DNA of 64,000 nucleotides from an uncultured bacterium (GTDB lineage: Bacteria > Bacteroidota > Rhodothermia > Rhodothermales > DASSAV01). Location: contig CBDUBS010000001.1 in the NCBI GenBank assembly GCA_965365445.1, positions 13,669 through 77,668 of the forward strand, written 5' to 3'. Below the pieces are notes generated by a model, which worked only from the letters and a program-made list of their open reading frames with translations, was not told where the DNA came from and ran no database searches. A program made the translations under genes and the position numbers. Positions 28,838 to 38,483 of this stretch are shown in pieces; position 1 is the stretch's first letter; each line of letters begins with the position of its first letter.

Positions 28838-29683
28838 ATGGCTCGTGCCTCGATGCCGGTCTTCGCTGTGCTTGTCATATTCGGTTTCGGCTGTTCAGGT
28901 GAAAACGGGTCGCAAGGGGTGCGAAGCGAGATGGCCGGGCAGGTTGCGCTGGAAGTATTTGCCGCCTCTTCTCTGTATGACGCGCTGACAGAGGCCGTTG
29001 ACACGTTCGAAGTAGCCTGGCCCGGATTACGGGTGCACGGTCACTTTGCCGGCTCCCAGCAACTCGTAGCGCAGCTCGGTCATGGCGCTTACGCCGATGT
29101 GCTCATCACGGCCGACGGCATTCAAATGGAACGGGCCGTAAGGGACTCGCTGGTTCGTCCCGGAGACGTGTTTCTTTTTGCCGCAAATCGGTTGTGCATC
29201 ATCGCGCCTGCAGGGAACCCTTCCGGGTTGAGAAGCTGGCAGGACCTCGGTCGTCCGGGAATCACGCTGATTATGGCCGCCGCCGAAGTGCCGGCCGGAC
29301 GATACAGCCGAGCGTTCCTCGAAAAGGCTACGGAGGCCGGCGGGAATGAATGGGCCCGGACTGTGCTGCGCAACATTGTTTCCCACGAAACCAACGCACG
29401 TTCCATTCGAACCAAGGTGATGCTGGGTGAAGCGGACGCCGGTCTCGCCTATTGTAGTGATACGGCGGGTCTGACTCCCGAAGAAATACACACAATCCAG
29501 ATTCCCCCCGCCTTGAACATAGCGGCTACCTACCCTGCCGCCGTACTGAGCCATAGCTTTTATCCGGCGGAAGCCCGGGCGTTCATCGACTTTCTTTTAT
29601 CCCCTCGGGGGCAATCCCTGCTTTCCCGGCATGGTTTTTCGCCTGTCGGTACGTCTGAAAGCCGCGCCGATGCGGAGAAATGA
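28838..29683 (+). CDS. modA: Molybdate/tungstate ABC-type substrate-binding lipoprotein (no modBC adjacent)
   Basis: Lipobox VIFGFGC, then LEVFAASSLYDAL...FAGSQQLVAQL...ADVLITAD, typical of ModA. Start was taken at the ATG at 28838 (track 28742). Confidence 0.75.
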   Translation: MARASMPVFAVLVIFGFGCSGENGSQGVRSEMAGQVALEVFAASSLYDALTEAVDTFEVAWPGLRVHGHFAGSQQLVAQLGHGAYADVLITADGIQMERAVRDSLVRPGDVFLFAANRLCIIAPAGNPSGLRSWQDLGRPGITLIMAAAEVPAGRYSRAFLEKATEAGGNEWARTVLRNIVSHETNARSIRTKVMLGEADAGLAYCSDTAGLTPEEIHTIQIPPALNIAATYPAAVLSHSFYPAEARAFIDFLLSPRGQSLLSRHGFSPVGTSESRADAEK

Positions 29684-29713
29684 CGGCGGACTCGTGGACG
29701 CGCCGGACGGCAG

Positions 29714-31225
29714 CTACAGCGGCACGTCAACCCGTTTCCTCCAGCGCGTTCCATCCGGGGTGTCCATGATTTCAACCCCCAGAGCCTCTATCTGCTCGCG
29801 CAACCGATCGGCAAGGGCATAGTCCTTTGCCTTTCTGGCCTCGTTGCGTTCCGCGATGAGCTGGTCCACCGGCTCGGCCAGACCGTCATCCGCGTGCATG
29901 TCTTTTTTACGGGGTTCTTCCGCTGCGATAAAGCCAAGTAGCCCGTTCGTTTTCTCCAGCCAGCGCCCTGCACTCCGGGCGGAAGCTCCGTTGAGCGGCT
30001 GCATGCCCTGAATGAGTTTGATCCCCTTTAACGAAGAAGCCAGCGCCACCGGGGTATTCAAATCATCGAGCAATGCCTGAAGGGTTTCCTCATAGACGGC
30101 GTCCAGGCGCGGGCCGGCGTGGTCCGGCCCCGGCAGATCATGTTCAACAGCCTCCCGGATGCCGCGAGCCACTTCGGTGTAGCGTTGCACGATTCTGGCG
30201 CTGTCGCGCAGATGCCGCAGGGTGAAGTTGAACCGCTCACGGTATTTACCGGAGATGAGCGCATACCGCAGCGCCAGGGGATCGACGCCGCGCCCCCCTT
30301 CGGATTCGGGCGCAATCAGGTCACGGATCGTATAGTAGTTGCCCCTGCTTTTCGACATTTTCTCTCCCTCGCTCATGAGGAAGCGCGTATGCACCCAGTG
30401 CCGAACGAAAGGTCGGCCGGTGAGGCTCTCAGCCTGAGCGATCTCACATTCATGATGCGGGAAAATCAGGTCCTCTCCACCGGCATGTACATCTATGGTA
30501 TCGCCGAGGTACGTCATGGACATGACGGAGCATTCGAGGTGCCAGCCCGGAAATCCTTTCCCGAAAGGGCTATACCACTGCATGAGGTGATGAGGGTCCT
30601 TCTTCCACAGCGCAAAATCTCGCGGGTCCCGTTTTTCCGTATCTTGGATAACGTCGCGAACGCCTTGTCCCAGGAGATCGGCATCTTGATTTCCTGAAAG
30701 CTTGCCGTAGCCCGGAAAGGAAGGCACGTGAAAATACACACCCTGCTCCGTTTCGTAGGCATGCCCCGAAGCCATCAGGCGCTCGACGGCGTCTATTTGT
30801 GGGGTGATGTGCTCGGTTGCCCTCGGACGCACATCCGGCTCCAGGAGGTTCAGCGCGTTCCATTCATCCAGCAGCACATTCGTGTAATACCGCGCCAGAT
30901 CCCACACGTTGGCAAAGTGTTGCCCCTCCTTCGAGCGGAGCGCCCGGGCCATTTTATCCTCACCCGAAGCATCGGCGAAATCATCTTCCGTCAGGTGGCC
31001 CACGTCGGTTACATTCGTCACGTAGCGTGTATTCCAACCAATGGCGCGAGCCGTACGGATGATCAGGTCAGAGGTCAGAAACGTCCGGAAGTTTCCAATA
31101 TGCGCAAAGGAGTACACCGTAGGCCCACAGGCATACATGGCCAGCAAACCGGGAACGGCAGGCGCCAGCGGCTCGACCTGCCGGGTGAGGGTGTTGTACA
31201 GTCGGAAGGTATGCTTGTCAGTCAT
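29714..31225 (-). CDS. cysS: Cysteine--tRNA ligase
   Basis: HIGN (HIGH-type) motif in FAHIGNFRTF and KMSKS in EKMSKSRGN. 503 aa. Confidence 0.95.
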   Translation of the reverse strand: MTDKHTFRLYNTLTRQVEPLAPAVPGLLAMYACGPTVYSFAHIGNFRTFLTSDLIIRTARAIGWNTRYVTNVTDVGHLTEDDFADASGEDKMARALRSKEGQHFANVWDLARYYTNVLLDEWNALNLLEPDVRPRATEHITPQIDAVERLMASGHAYETEQGVYFHVPSFPGYGKLSGNQDADLLGQGVRDVIQDTEKRDPRDFALWKKDPHHLMQWYSPFGKGFPGWHLECSVMSMTYLGDTIDVHAGGEDLIFPHHECEIAQAESLTGRPFVRHWVHTRFLMSEGEKMSKSRGNYYTIRDLIAPESEGGRGVDPLALRYALISGKYRERFNFTLRHLRDSARIVQRYTEVARGIREAVEHDLPGPDHAGPRLDAVYEETLQALLDDLNTPVALASSLKGIKLIQGMQPLNGASARSAGRWLEKTNGLLGFIAAEEPRKKDMHADDGLAEPVDQLIAERNEARKAKDYALADRLREQIEALGVEIMDTPDGTRWRKRVDVPL

Positions 31226-31315
31226 ATGGTCGGGAAGTCAGAAGTGCCGGATGGCAGTATCCTCTGGGAAGAGGCCTCAAGGCAGCAAATAAAAACAGGT
31301 CATGAAAACAGAATG

Positions 31316-31633
31316 CTAACCGGAGGTCAGGCGAAGTCCAACGATTCCTGCCACGATCAGCCCGATGCACATCAGCCGGAGGGCCGACTTTGGCTCACCG
31401 AAAAGCAGAATGCCTAGCAAAGCGGCTCCGACGGCTCCGATTCCTGTCCACGTGGCATAAGCCGTACCGATGGACAACACCTCGACCGCGCGCGCCAGAA
31501 AGTAGAAGCTGAGAACCAGTGCGGCAAGCGTTCCCAGGGTAGGCCACAGCCGGGAGAACCCCTCCGAATACTTCAACCCGATCGCCCAGGCAATCTCCAG
31601 AACGCCGGCGACAAGCAAATAGTACCAGGCCAT
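31316..31633 (-). CDS. sugE: SMR-family small multidrug/guanidinium exporter (SugE/Gdx-like)
   Basis: 105 aa and 4 TM segments. MAWYYLLVAGVLEIAWAIGLKYS carries the conserved membrane Glu. Start was taken at 31633. Confidence 0.85.
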   Translation of the reverse strand: MAWYYLLVAGVLEIAWAIGLKYSEGFSRLWPTLGTLAALVLSFYFLARAVEVLSIGTAYATWTGIGAVGAALLGILLFGEPKSALRLMCIGLIVAGIVGLRLTSG

Positions 31634-31677
31634 AGCCTCACTCCGTGCAGCGACGAGAAAAAAGCCCGTCCAATGTC

Positions 31678-32178
31678 TCATCGGTTTAGTTCGCGAATGA
31701 GATGGTTCAACTCCGGAAGGATCAGTTTTTCCAGAGCCAGGCGAACCGCTCCTGTGGACCCCGGGACGGAAAATACCAGCGTCTTACGATAGGCGCCCGC
31801 CGTGGCACGGGAGAGCATCGCGCCGGAGCCAATTTCCGCATAAGAGAGCATACGAAACAACTCCCCGAACCCCGGCAGGGTTTTTTCCAGTCGGGCCGCA
31901 ACGGCTTCGTAGGTGGTATCACGCGGGCTGATACCCGTACCCCCATTGATAAGGATTGCGTCAACCGTCCCGGCCAGCGCATCCAGCATACGCACGATCT
32001 CGGCAGGTTCATCGCGGATGATGCCGTAGAACCCGATTTCGTGCCCCGCCTCGGCTAGGCGCGCTTTCATCAGAGCGCCGCTCAGGTCTGTATCGGTGGT
32101 CCGTGTATCCGATACGGTAAGTACGGCGCACTTTGCGGTTCGGTCAACCGATAGGGCGGCATGTTCCGTATAGCTCAT
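31678..32178 (-). CDS. moaB: Molybdenum cofactor biosynthesis protein MoaB/Mog family
   Basis: AVLTVSDTR...INGGTGISPRDTT...FSVPGSTGAV. Start at 32178 overlaps the yidD stop (ATGA). The upstream 85 codons of the track ORF lie inside yidD in another frame. Confidence 0.8.
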   Translation of the reverse strand: MSYTEHAALSVDRTAKCAVLTVSDTRTTDTDLSGALMKARLAEAGHEIGFYGIIRDEPAEIVRMLDALAGTVDAILINGGTGISPRDTTYEAVAARLEKTLPGFGELFRMLSYAEIGSGAMLSRATAGAYRKTLVFSVPGSTGAVRLALEKLILPELNHLIRELNR

Positions 32179-32450
32179 GACGTAGCCGAGTCGTCGGAGG
32201 AAGATGGGCTTTCGCCAAACCAGCGCGGCGGATCGTAACCGTGCCCCCCCCACGGGTTGCACCGTACGATGCGATAGGCAGCCAGAATCGAACCTTTCAG
32301 GGCGCCGTATCGCTGAAGCGACTGAATGGCATAGGAAGAACAGGTAGGTGTGAACCGGCAACTGCGGCCCAGGTGCGGAGACAGCACGAGCTGGTACAGG
32401 CGGACAAGCCCGATAAGGACTCGGCGGGGCCATTCGACTACCGGAACCAT
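32175..32450 (-). CDS. yidD: Membrane protein insertion efficiency factor YidD
   Basis: LIGLVRLYQLVLSP...CRFTPTCSSYAIQSLQRYG...RIVRCNPWGGHGYDP. Confidence 0.85.
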   Translation of the reverse strand: MVPVVEWPRRVLIGLVRLYQLVLSPHLGRSCRFTPTCSSYAIQSLQRYGALKGSILAAYRIVRCNPWGGHGYDPPRWFGESPSSSDDSATS

Positions 32451-32630
32451 TGATCTCTATCTCTAACCGAAAGGTACACGCCTATAACGTCTGGCAGTCA
32501 GGCAGTTCCGGCCCTCGCGGTTAAGAGCCGGTGCGGAGGTGGTTGATACCGGCCGCGCAAACCTGTACCTTTTAAAGCCCGGCTCCAGGTTTCTGCCGGG
32601 CGTACCCCTATCCTATTGCAAATAGATACC

Positions 32631-33029
32631 ATGCACCTAGAACATATCCTGTCGGAAGTCAAATTTTCATCGGAAGGGCTCGTTACGGCCATCGCTCAGG
32701 ATACCGATACAGGAGAGATTCTGATGTTGGCTTACATGAACGAAGCCACATTGAGGCAAACCCTTGAAACACGGGTTATGACGTACTGGAGTCGGTCGAG
32801 GAAGAAGGTATGGATCAAAGGAGAAAGCAGCGGTAACACGCAGGAAGTTAGGGAAGCGCGAATCGATTGCGATGGCGACGCCCTCCTGTTCAAGGTCGTT
32901 CAACACGGCGGGGCGGCATGCCATACAGGCCACCGGAGCTGCTTTTACCGAAAAGTAGAAGGCGACGCGCTCGTCGAAACCGGAGAGCCCTTGTTCAACC
33001 CGGCGGAAGTGTACAAGCCGACGGAGTAA
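32631..33029 (+). CDS. hisI: Phosphoribosyl-AMP cyclohydrolase (monofunctional)
   Basis: GLVTAIAQD...MLAYMN...WSRSR...WIKGESSGN...[11 protein letters not shown]...[12 protein letters not shown] at 32631; the track start at 32616 is TTG. Confidence 0.9.
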   Translation: MHLEHILSEVKFSSEGLVTAIAQDTDTGEILMLAYMNEATLRQTLETRVMTYWSRSRKKVWIKGESSGNTQEVREARIDCDGDALLFKVVQHGGAACHTGHRSCFYRKVEGDALVETGEPLFNPAEVYKPTE

Positions 33030-33060
33030 ATGGAAGGGCATAAAAGGATTCGGCAACCCG

Positions 33061-35661
33061 TCAGGCCGTTTGCTCTGCGAGCGATACAGCCATGACCCTA
33101 TCTTGTGTTGCCGGAAGGACCACCTCGAACCGACTGCCCTGCCCCGGGCGGCTGCTCGCCGTGATCGTGCCGTTGTGCCTATCCACGATGCGCCTGCATA
33201 TCGCAAGGCCGATGCCGGTGCCTTCATACGAATCCTTCCCGTGGAGTTGCTGGAAGGGGGTAAATATCCGGTCGAGATACTTCTCATCGAATCCGATGCC
33301 GTTATCTTCCACGACCAGGCGGCACACGTGCTTGCCGGCCCAGCCCGGCGCCTCCTCGAGCGTTCCGGTTACATGCACTTCCGGCGGCATTCCCGGCCGG
33401 TGAAACTTGAGCGCGTTGCCTATCAAGTTGAGCAAGAGCTGATGCATTTGCAGCGGATCCGCTTCGATGTCCGGCAAATCTTCTGCGATGAGCCGCCCGC
33501 TGGTTTGATGCAACCGAAAATCAAGATCCGAGCGGACGTCCTCCAGTACATCATTCAGCGAAACCGAGGTAAAGGGCTGCACCTTGGTCCGTACGCGCGA
33601 AAAGGCGAGCAGGTCTTTTATGAGCAGCGACATGCGCTGGGCCGCATGTTGCAACCTTTTCAGATAGTGCCTGCCCGTTTCGTCCAGAGCGGCCCCATAT
33701 TCCTCCAGAACCAGTCCGCTGAACGAGTTGATCTTGCGCAGCGGTTCCTGAAGGTCGTGCGAGGCGATATAGGCAAAGTCCTGCAACTCCCGGTTGCTTC
33801 GTTCCAGCTCGGCCGCATGGGCGCGCAACTGCGTCTCGCGCTCCTCGGCCGCTTCACGAGCCAGTTGTTCGCGCAAGGCGCGCGCTTCCGCCTCCTGCGC
33901 CCGCACCTGCTCCGTTATATCCGTACTGGTTCCGAACCAGCGAGCGACCTTCCCTGCTTCGTCATGGATCGGCACCCATTGAAACAGAAACTGCCGGTAC
34001 TCCCCGGATTTGCTGCGCAGGGGGAATGTATCCTCCCAGAAGGCGCCTGTTCGTACGGCCTCCCGAACCCTGCTCTGAAACCGCGCCAGATGGTCGGGAT
34101 GAACGACGGACGGCCAGGCATCCGGTAAGGCCCCTTCGGAGGAGAGGCCGGAATAATCAAACCACCTGTGGTTGTACCACAGCGGATTAGCTCCGTCGTC
34201 GGCTACCCAGGCCAGTTGAGGGATAGAATCCACCATCGTCCGGAACTCGCGTTCGCGTTCCCTCAACGCCGCCTCCGCACTGCGCTGCGCGGTTATATCC
34301 GCCATGGCGGCGACGGCCCGCTCGATCTGTCCAGCCGCATTCCGCAGAGGGAAGGCTGACTGAAGTATCGTTTTTCGCACCCCGTCCGCCGTCTCTATAT
34401 CGATGATCTCCGACTCAACGGTTTCACCCCGCAAGGCTCTTGCGAGCGCCCACTCCGGGTCCTGTATCGGCCGGCCGCTTTCGGGCCACCACCCTTTATG
34501 ATCGTCGTAGCGAACGGTGCCGAACGGTTCATTTCGCGACCATAACGCCTGCGCAACCGTATTGGTAAATGTTATATACCCGGTTTTCTCCGCTACGAAT
34601 ACACCAACGGGAAGGGATTCGAGAATGTGCCGGAGCCGCTGCTCGCTTTGCCGGGCGCTCTCACCCGCCCGATACTGCACCTGGCTAAAACCGAAAAGCA
34701 TCAGGCTCAGCAACAGGCCGGTTACGGCCGTAACCGGTATAAACCAGCGACGCGATTCCTCGATGAAATAGGCGGTAGGGGCGAAACTGATCGTCCAGGT
34801 GCGCCCGGCGCTCTCCAGCCGAATCAGGGTATCGTACTCATGCGACGGCGCCGGGGCATTCCCTACCATACGGGAATCGTGCATGAGGTTTTCTTCATTC
34901 ACCTCATACCCGTCGTACACCCTGTAGGCCACCAGCGGCGAAGCATCGGAGGCAAAGATTCCGTTGAATAAATCGTCTACGCGATAAGGAGAGTACACAA
35001 AGCCTTGCAGCAAGGCTCGTCGCTCTGCGACGGTGGGGGGCGTGGCGCCGGCCCGATACACGGGAAAGTAAATCAGGAAGCCGGCCTGTTTTCTTTCTTC
35101 GATTTCCTGAACCAGTGTAACCTTGCCGGACATGGCGGACATACCCGTATCTCGCGCGCGTGCCATAGCGGCCCGCCTGACCGGCTCGGAGTACATATTG
35201 TAGCCAATGGCCGCCCGGTTGCGAACGTCGAGAGGCGCCAGATACAGAATGGAAAACTGTTCCACCGTGTCCGTCCGGGGCCATACGGCGAAGTCGGAAA
35301 ACCCCTGCGCCCTCATTCGGGCTTCCAGACTGTCCCGTTCCTCCGGTGCGAAGCGCTGTGTATAACCGAACCCGAGGAGGCCTGGAAAGCGCCTCCGCAA
35401 ATCCAGCATATCGGTATACTTGCGGAAGTCGGTGTACTGAAGGGGGCCGTCGATGGCGGCCAGCAGCCCGGCCCCGCTTCGAATAAGGGAGATGCCGGTG
35501 TTCAGCGAGACTTCGATTCGCGTGCGGGTATTCTGAATCGCATTATCCAACCGCTCTCTGTCGCGTGTGGATACCGTTTGAGCCACATTCCAGGTTATTA
35601 TCGCCGTGGTCAACAGCGATAACACCAGAATGAGCCGGGGTATGGACGAGCGTGGTACCAT
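33061..35661 (-). CDS. CHASE-TM-PAS-PAS sensor histidine kinase
   Basis: 866 aa. An N-terminal anchor and a CHASE-like periplasmic domain are followed by a second TM, two PAS-like blocks, H-box SHDLQEPLRKI and the HATPase motif (DNGIGF...GTGIGLAI). Confidence 0.85.
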   Translation of the reverse strand: MVPRSSIPRLILVLSLLTTAIITWNVAQTVSTRDRERLDNAIQNTRTRIEVSLNTGISLIRSGAGLLAAIDGPLQYTDFRKYTDMLDLRRRFPGLLGFGYTQRFAPEERDSLEARMRAQGFSDFAVWPRTDTVEQFSILYLAPLDVRNRAAIGYNMYSEPVRRAAMARARDTGMSAMSGKVTLVQEIEERKQAGFLIYFPVYRAGATPPTVAERRALLQGFVYSPYRVDDLFNGIFASDASPLVAYRVYDGYEVNEENLMHDSRMVGNAPAPSHEYDTLIRLESAGRTWTISFAPTAYFIEESRRWFIPVTAVTGLLLSLMLFGFSQVQYRAGESARQSEQRLRHILESLPVGVFVAEKTGYITFTNTVAQALWSRNEPFGTVRYDDHKGWWPESGRPIQDPEWALARALRGETVESEIIDIETADGVRKTILQSAFPLRNAAGQIERAVAAMADITAQRSAEAALREREREFRTMVDSIPQLAWVADDGANPLWYNHRWFDYSGLSSEGALPDAWPSVVHPDHLARFQSRVREAVRTGAFWEDTFPLRSKSGEYRQFLFQWVPIHDEAGKVARWFGTSTDITEQVRAQEAEARALREQLAREAAEERETQLRAHAAELERSNRELQDFAYIASHDLQEPLRKINSFSGLVLEEYGAALDETGRHYLKRLQHAAQRMSLLIKDLLAFSRVRTKVQPFTSVSLNDVLEDVRSDLDFRLHQTSGRLIAEDLPDIEADPLQMHQLLLNLIGNALKFHRPGMPPEVHVTGTLEEAPGWAGKHVCRLVVEDNGIGFDEKYLDRIFTPFQQLHGKDSYEGTGIGLAICRRIVDRHNGTITASSRPGQGSRFEVVLPATQDRVMAVSLAEQTA

Positions 35662-35987
35662 TCTTCGCCAACAGAAAGCGCTGCTTACAGGACACCTGCC
35701 GGCGGCCTTTCCTTATCGAACCGGGCCGGGAAGCGCACCTTACTTCATCTCGGCTGCCTCAGAGTACGTCCGATGAGTGGGACAGGTCCACAAATTGAAT
35801 CCTGAAACGCCTCGGACGTACAAAAGATCGATTCATCAACAATATGAAGCAAAAATCAACCTGCTCCTCCCCCATGTTGCTTCATGCACAATTCCCTGAT
35901 TTCATGAACGCTCCTTCCGTAGCGCCAACCCTTTATGCTTGCACGGCCCTTACCTCTGGCGTATCCTGATTCATTCGTGCGGCCGGA

Positions 35988-37250
35988 ATGCCTCATCATC
36001 CAGCACCAGACAATCACCTGAGGACGATGTCACTCGAAGCGACCTCCCTGGCAGGACGGCAACTGCGTCGGCAACAGAGCCACGTTGCGGCTACTTCTTT
36101 TTTTGCGCTGTTTTCCATCGTTGGGTTGGCCCTGTACGGCCTGCCCTTCTTTTACGACTTTTTTGTACGGGATTTTGGATGGAGCCGGGCACAGGTTACA
36201 TCGGGCAACGCGCTGAGCAAGCTGCTCGTGGGTCCGCTGTTCGGGTTTCTGGTCGGTTGGATAATCGACCGATTCGGCCCTCGCAGAACGATGCTTTCCG
36301 GCATTCTGATGGCCGGCGTAGCGCTCGTCGGGCTGAGTTACATGACGAGTTTATGGATGTTCTACTTTTTCTATATGTTCAATGCCCTGGGGTATGTTGC
36401 CGGAGGTCCGTTGCCGAACCAGGTACTCATCTCCCGCTGGTTCGATAAGGCGCGAGGTAAGGCCATGGGGTTTGCCTATATCGGCATCGGCGCAGGAGGC
36501 GCTATCGTCCCTTTGCTTGCGGTTTGGCTGATCGACGCATACGGGTGGCAGGTGGCGTTACGCGTCATCGGGTTTCTTATCGTCGCGATAGCGTTTCCGC
36601 TGGCCTTCTTCGTGAAAGATGCTCCCCCGGACTGGACTGGTCCGGTTAAATCATCGGTTCCTCTCGTTCCCATACGGCGCGTGCTTACTGATAAGTATTT
36701 TTACCTGCTCGCGTTCGGAAGTATGTGCTCCATTGCGGCGGTGGGTGGGACGAACCAGCACCTCAAGCTCTTTTTTAGTCTGGACCAGGGGCTGCCTCAG
36801 GGCGAGATTGCCCGGATCGTGTCGCTCGTGCTGGTTTCGAGTATCCTGGGCCGCATTATCATGGGATGGCTCGCGGACCGCTGGCCCCGGAAGTACGTGA
36901 TGCTTCTCATTTATATGATCGTCGCAGCTGCCATCCCGCTTCTTTTCCTGGCCGACATCAGGGGGGTCATCTACTTGTTTGCCTTTCTTTTCGGCATTGG
37001 TCTGGGGGGCGACTACATGATCATTCCGCTGATGGCCGGAGACATTTTCGGCGTAAGGGTGCTGGGCAGGGTGATGGGCATCATTCTGACGGCTGACGGC
37101 GTGGCGGAGGCTACGGCTCCGTACCTTGTCGGACGCCTGTACGATGCGAGCGGCGCCTACACGGTCGGCTTCGGCATCCTGATCGGCCTGGCGTTGCTGG
37201 GGGCGCTGGCCGTTGCGTTTTTGCCCACCACACGCGTGACTACGGACTGA
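35988..37250 (+). CDS. MFS transporter
   Basis: 420 aa with about 12 hydrophobic segments and the loop motif GWIIDRFGPRR. Alternative start at 36027 (MSLEATS). Confidence 0.8.
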   Translation: MPHHPAPDNHLRTMSLEATSLAGRQLRRQQSHVAATSFFALFSIVGLALYGLPFFYDFFVRDFGWSRAQVTSGNALSKLLVGPLFGFLVGWIIDRFGPRRTMLSGILMAGVALVGLSYMTSLWMFYFFYMFNALGYVAGGPLPNQVLISRWFDKARGKAMGFAYIGIGAGGAIVPLLAVWLIDAYGWQVALRVIGFLIVAIAFPLAFFVKDAPPDWTGPVKSSVPLVPIRRVLTDKYFYLLAFGSMCSIAAVGGTNQHLKLFFSLDQGLPQGEIARIVSLVLVSSILGRIIMGWLADRWPRKYVMLLIYMIVAAAIPLLFLADIRGVIYLFAFLFGIGLGGDYMIIPLMAGDIFGVRVLGRVMGIILTADGVAEATAPYLVGRLYDASGAYTVGFGILIGLALLGALAVAFLPTTRVTTD

Positions 37251-37309
37251 ACTCGCCGCGCCGGACGTACCGAAACACGCAAGCACACGAAGTCCCTACG
37301 CCGGAAAAC

Positions 37310-38059
37310 ATGCAACTGGAGACTTCAGCGGGTACCGTTTTTCTCTACGCGATGATAACGGCCATCGCAACCGGGCTGGGGGCGCTGCCCTTCTTCCTGG
37401 TCCGTACCCCAACAAGGCAGTGGCTGGGCCTCTCGAATGGTATGGCGGCCGGGTTGATGATTGCCGCCTCGCTCATGCTCATCATCGAAGGGTGGGTTTA
37501 TAGTCCGTTACTCACCTTGTTGGGGGGCGCACTCGGGCTCGTTTTCATCCGGATAAGCCATTACTTTCTGGATCACCACGATGACAACGTGGCCTTGAGC
37601 GGCATCGAAGGGGTGAATGCGAAGAAGATCCTGCTCATCATGGGCGTCATGACCATTCACTCCTTTACGGAGGGTGTGGGCGTCGGGGTGTCGTTCGGCG
37701 GTGGGGAGGCGCTGGGGATTTTCATTACGGCCGCCATAGCCATCCATAATATTCCCGAAGGTCTGGCGATCAGCCTGGTCATGGTGCCGCGCGGAGCCTC
37801 GGTGTGGAAAGCGATGGGCTGGAGTATTCTTTCGAGCTTGCCGCAGCCGCTCATGGCCGTACCTGCCTTCCTTTTCGTAGAGTGGTTCAGGCCGCTTCTT
37901 CCGTCCGGACTTGGCTTTGCGGCCGGCGCCATGCTCTGGATGTCCTCATCCGAACTCATTCCCGATGCTCTGGAGGATGCTTCACGCACCCGGGTTGCGC
38001 TGGCCGTTTTCGGTTCGGGTATGCTTATGATGGCCTTACAGATCCTTCTTGACGGATGA
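37310..38059 (+). CDS. ZIP-family metal (zinc) transporter
   Basis: 249 aa. HSFTEGVGVG and AIHNIPEGLAISL motifs resemble ZupT. Confidence 0.85.
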   Translation: MQLETSAGTVFLYAMITAIATGLGALPFFLVRTPTRQWLGLSNGMAAGLMIAASLMLIIEGWVYSPLLTLLGGALGLVFIRISHYFLDHHDDNVALSGIEGVNAKKILLIMGVMTIHSFTEGVGVGVSFGGGEALGIFITAAIAIHNIPEGLAISLVMVPRGASVWKAMGWSILSSLPQPLMAVPAFLFVEWFRPLLPSGLGFAAGAMLWMSSSELIPDALEDASRTRVALAVFGSGMLMMALQILLDG

Positions 38060-38159
38060 TGGTAAAGGCTACTGATTTTGATCCCGAAGAGAGCGGGCGG
38101 TCGGTTCATGAGCGGATCGAGCAGAGCCCACACCAAACCCGAACATACCTCTTACCAAC

Positions 38160-38483
38160 ATGAATGCTCCCAAGCCCGTTGTGCAACGCCTGGCCGATAT
38201 CGTCAACTACCAGAAAGGCACGGTAGTCAGCAAAATGCTGCTCAAACAAAAGACGGGCAGCGCCACGCTGTTTGCTTTTGCCCGAGGCGAAGGCCTCAGC
38301 GAGCATACCACCCCGTTCGAGGCGCTGCTGTACCTGGTGGAAGGTATGGCGGAGGTGCTGATTGCGGGGGAAACCTACGTGCTGGCCGGAGGAGACATCA
38401 TACTGCTACCCGCCCGGATACCGCATGAAGTACGGGCAGTGGATGATTTCAAAATGATGCTCATCATGATGAAACCGGTGTAG
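38160..38483 (+). CDS. Cupin-domain protein
   Basis: 107 aa with a cupin_2-like pattern (LSEHTTPFEALLYLVEGMAEV...GDIILLPARIPHEV). Confidence 0.7.
   Translation: MNAPKPVVQRLADIVNYQKGTVVSKMLLKQKTGSATLFAFARGEGLSEHTTPFEALLYLVEGMAEVLIAGETYVLAGGDIILLPARIPHEVRAVDDFKMMLIMMKPV

Noticed and set aside
31634-31677. Guanidine-II (mini-ykkC) riboswitch upstream of sugE
   Set aside because: Two ACGG tetranucleotides occur (GGACGGGC and GCACGGAG), but the flanking bases cannot form the required closing stems. The spacer is only 44 nt and lies inside an operon.
33070-34128. 352-aa antisense ORF in the CHASE kinase, with similar cases at 44926..45948 (340 aa) and 47026..48105 (359 aa)
   Set aside because: Each lies opposite a gene with strong catalytic motifs (H-box/HATPase, NtrY-type kinase, M1 HExxH). 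The translations are low-complexity and Arg/Pro/Gly-rich.
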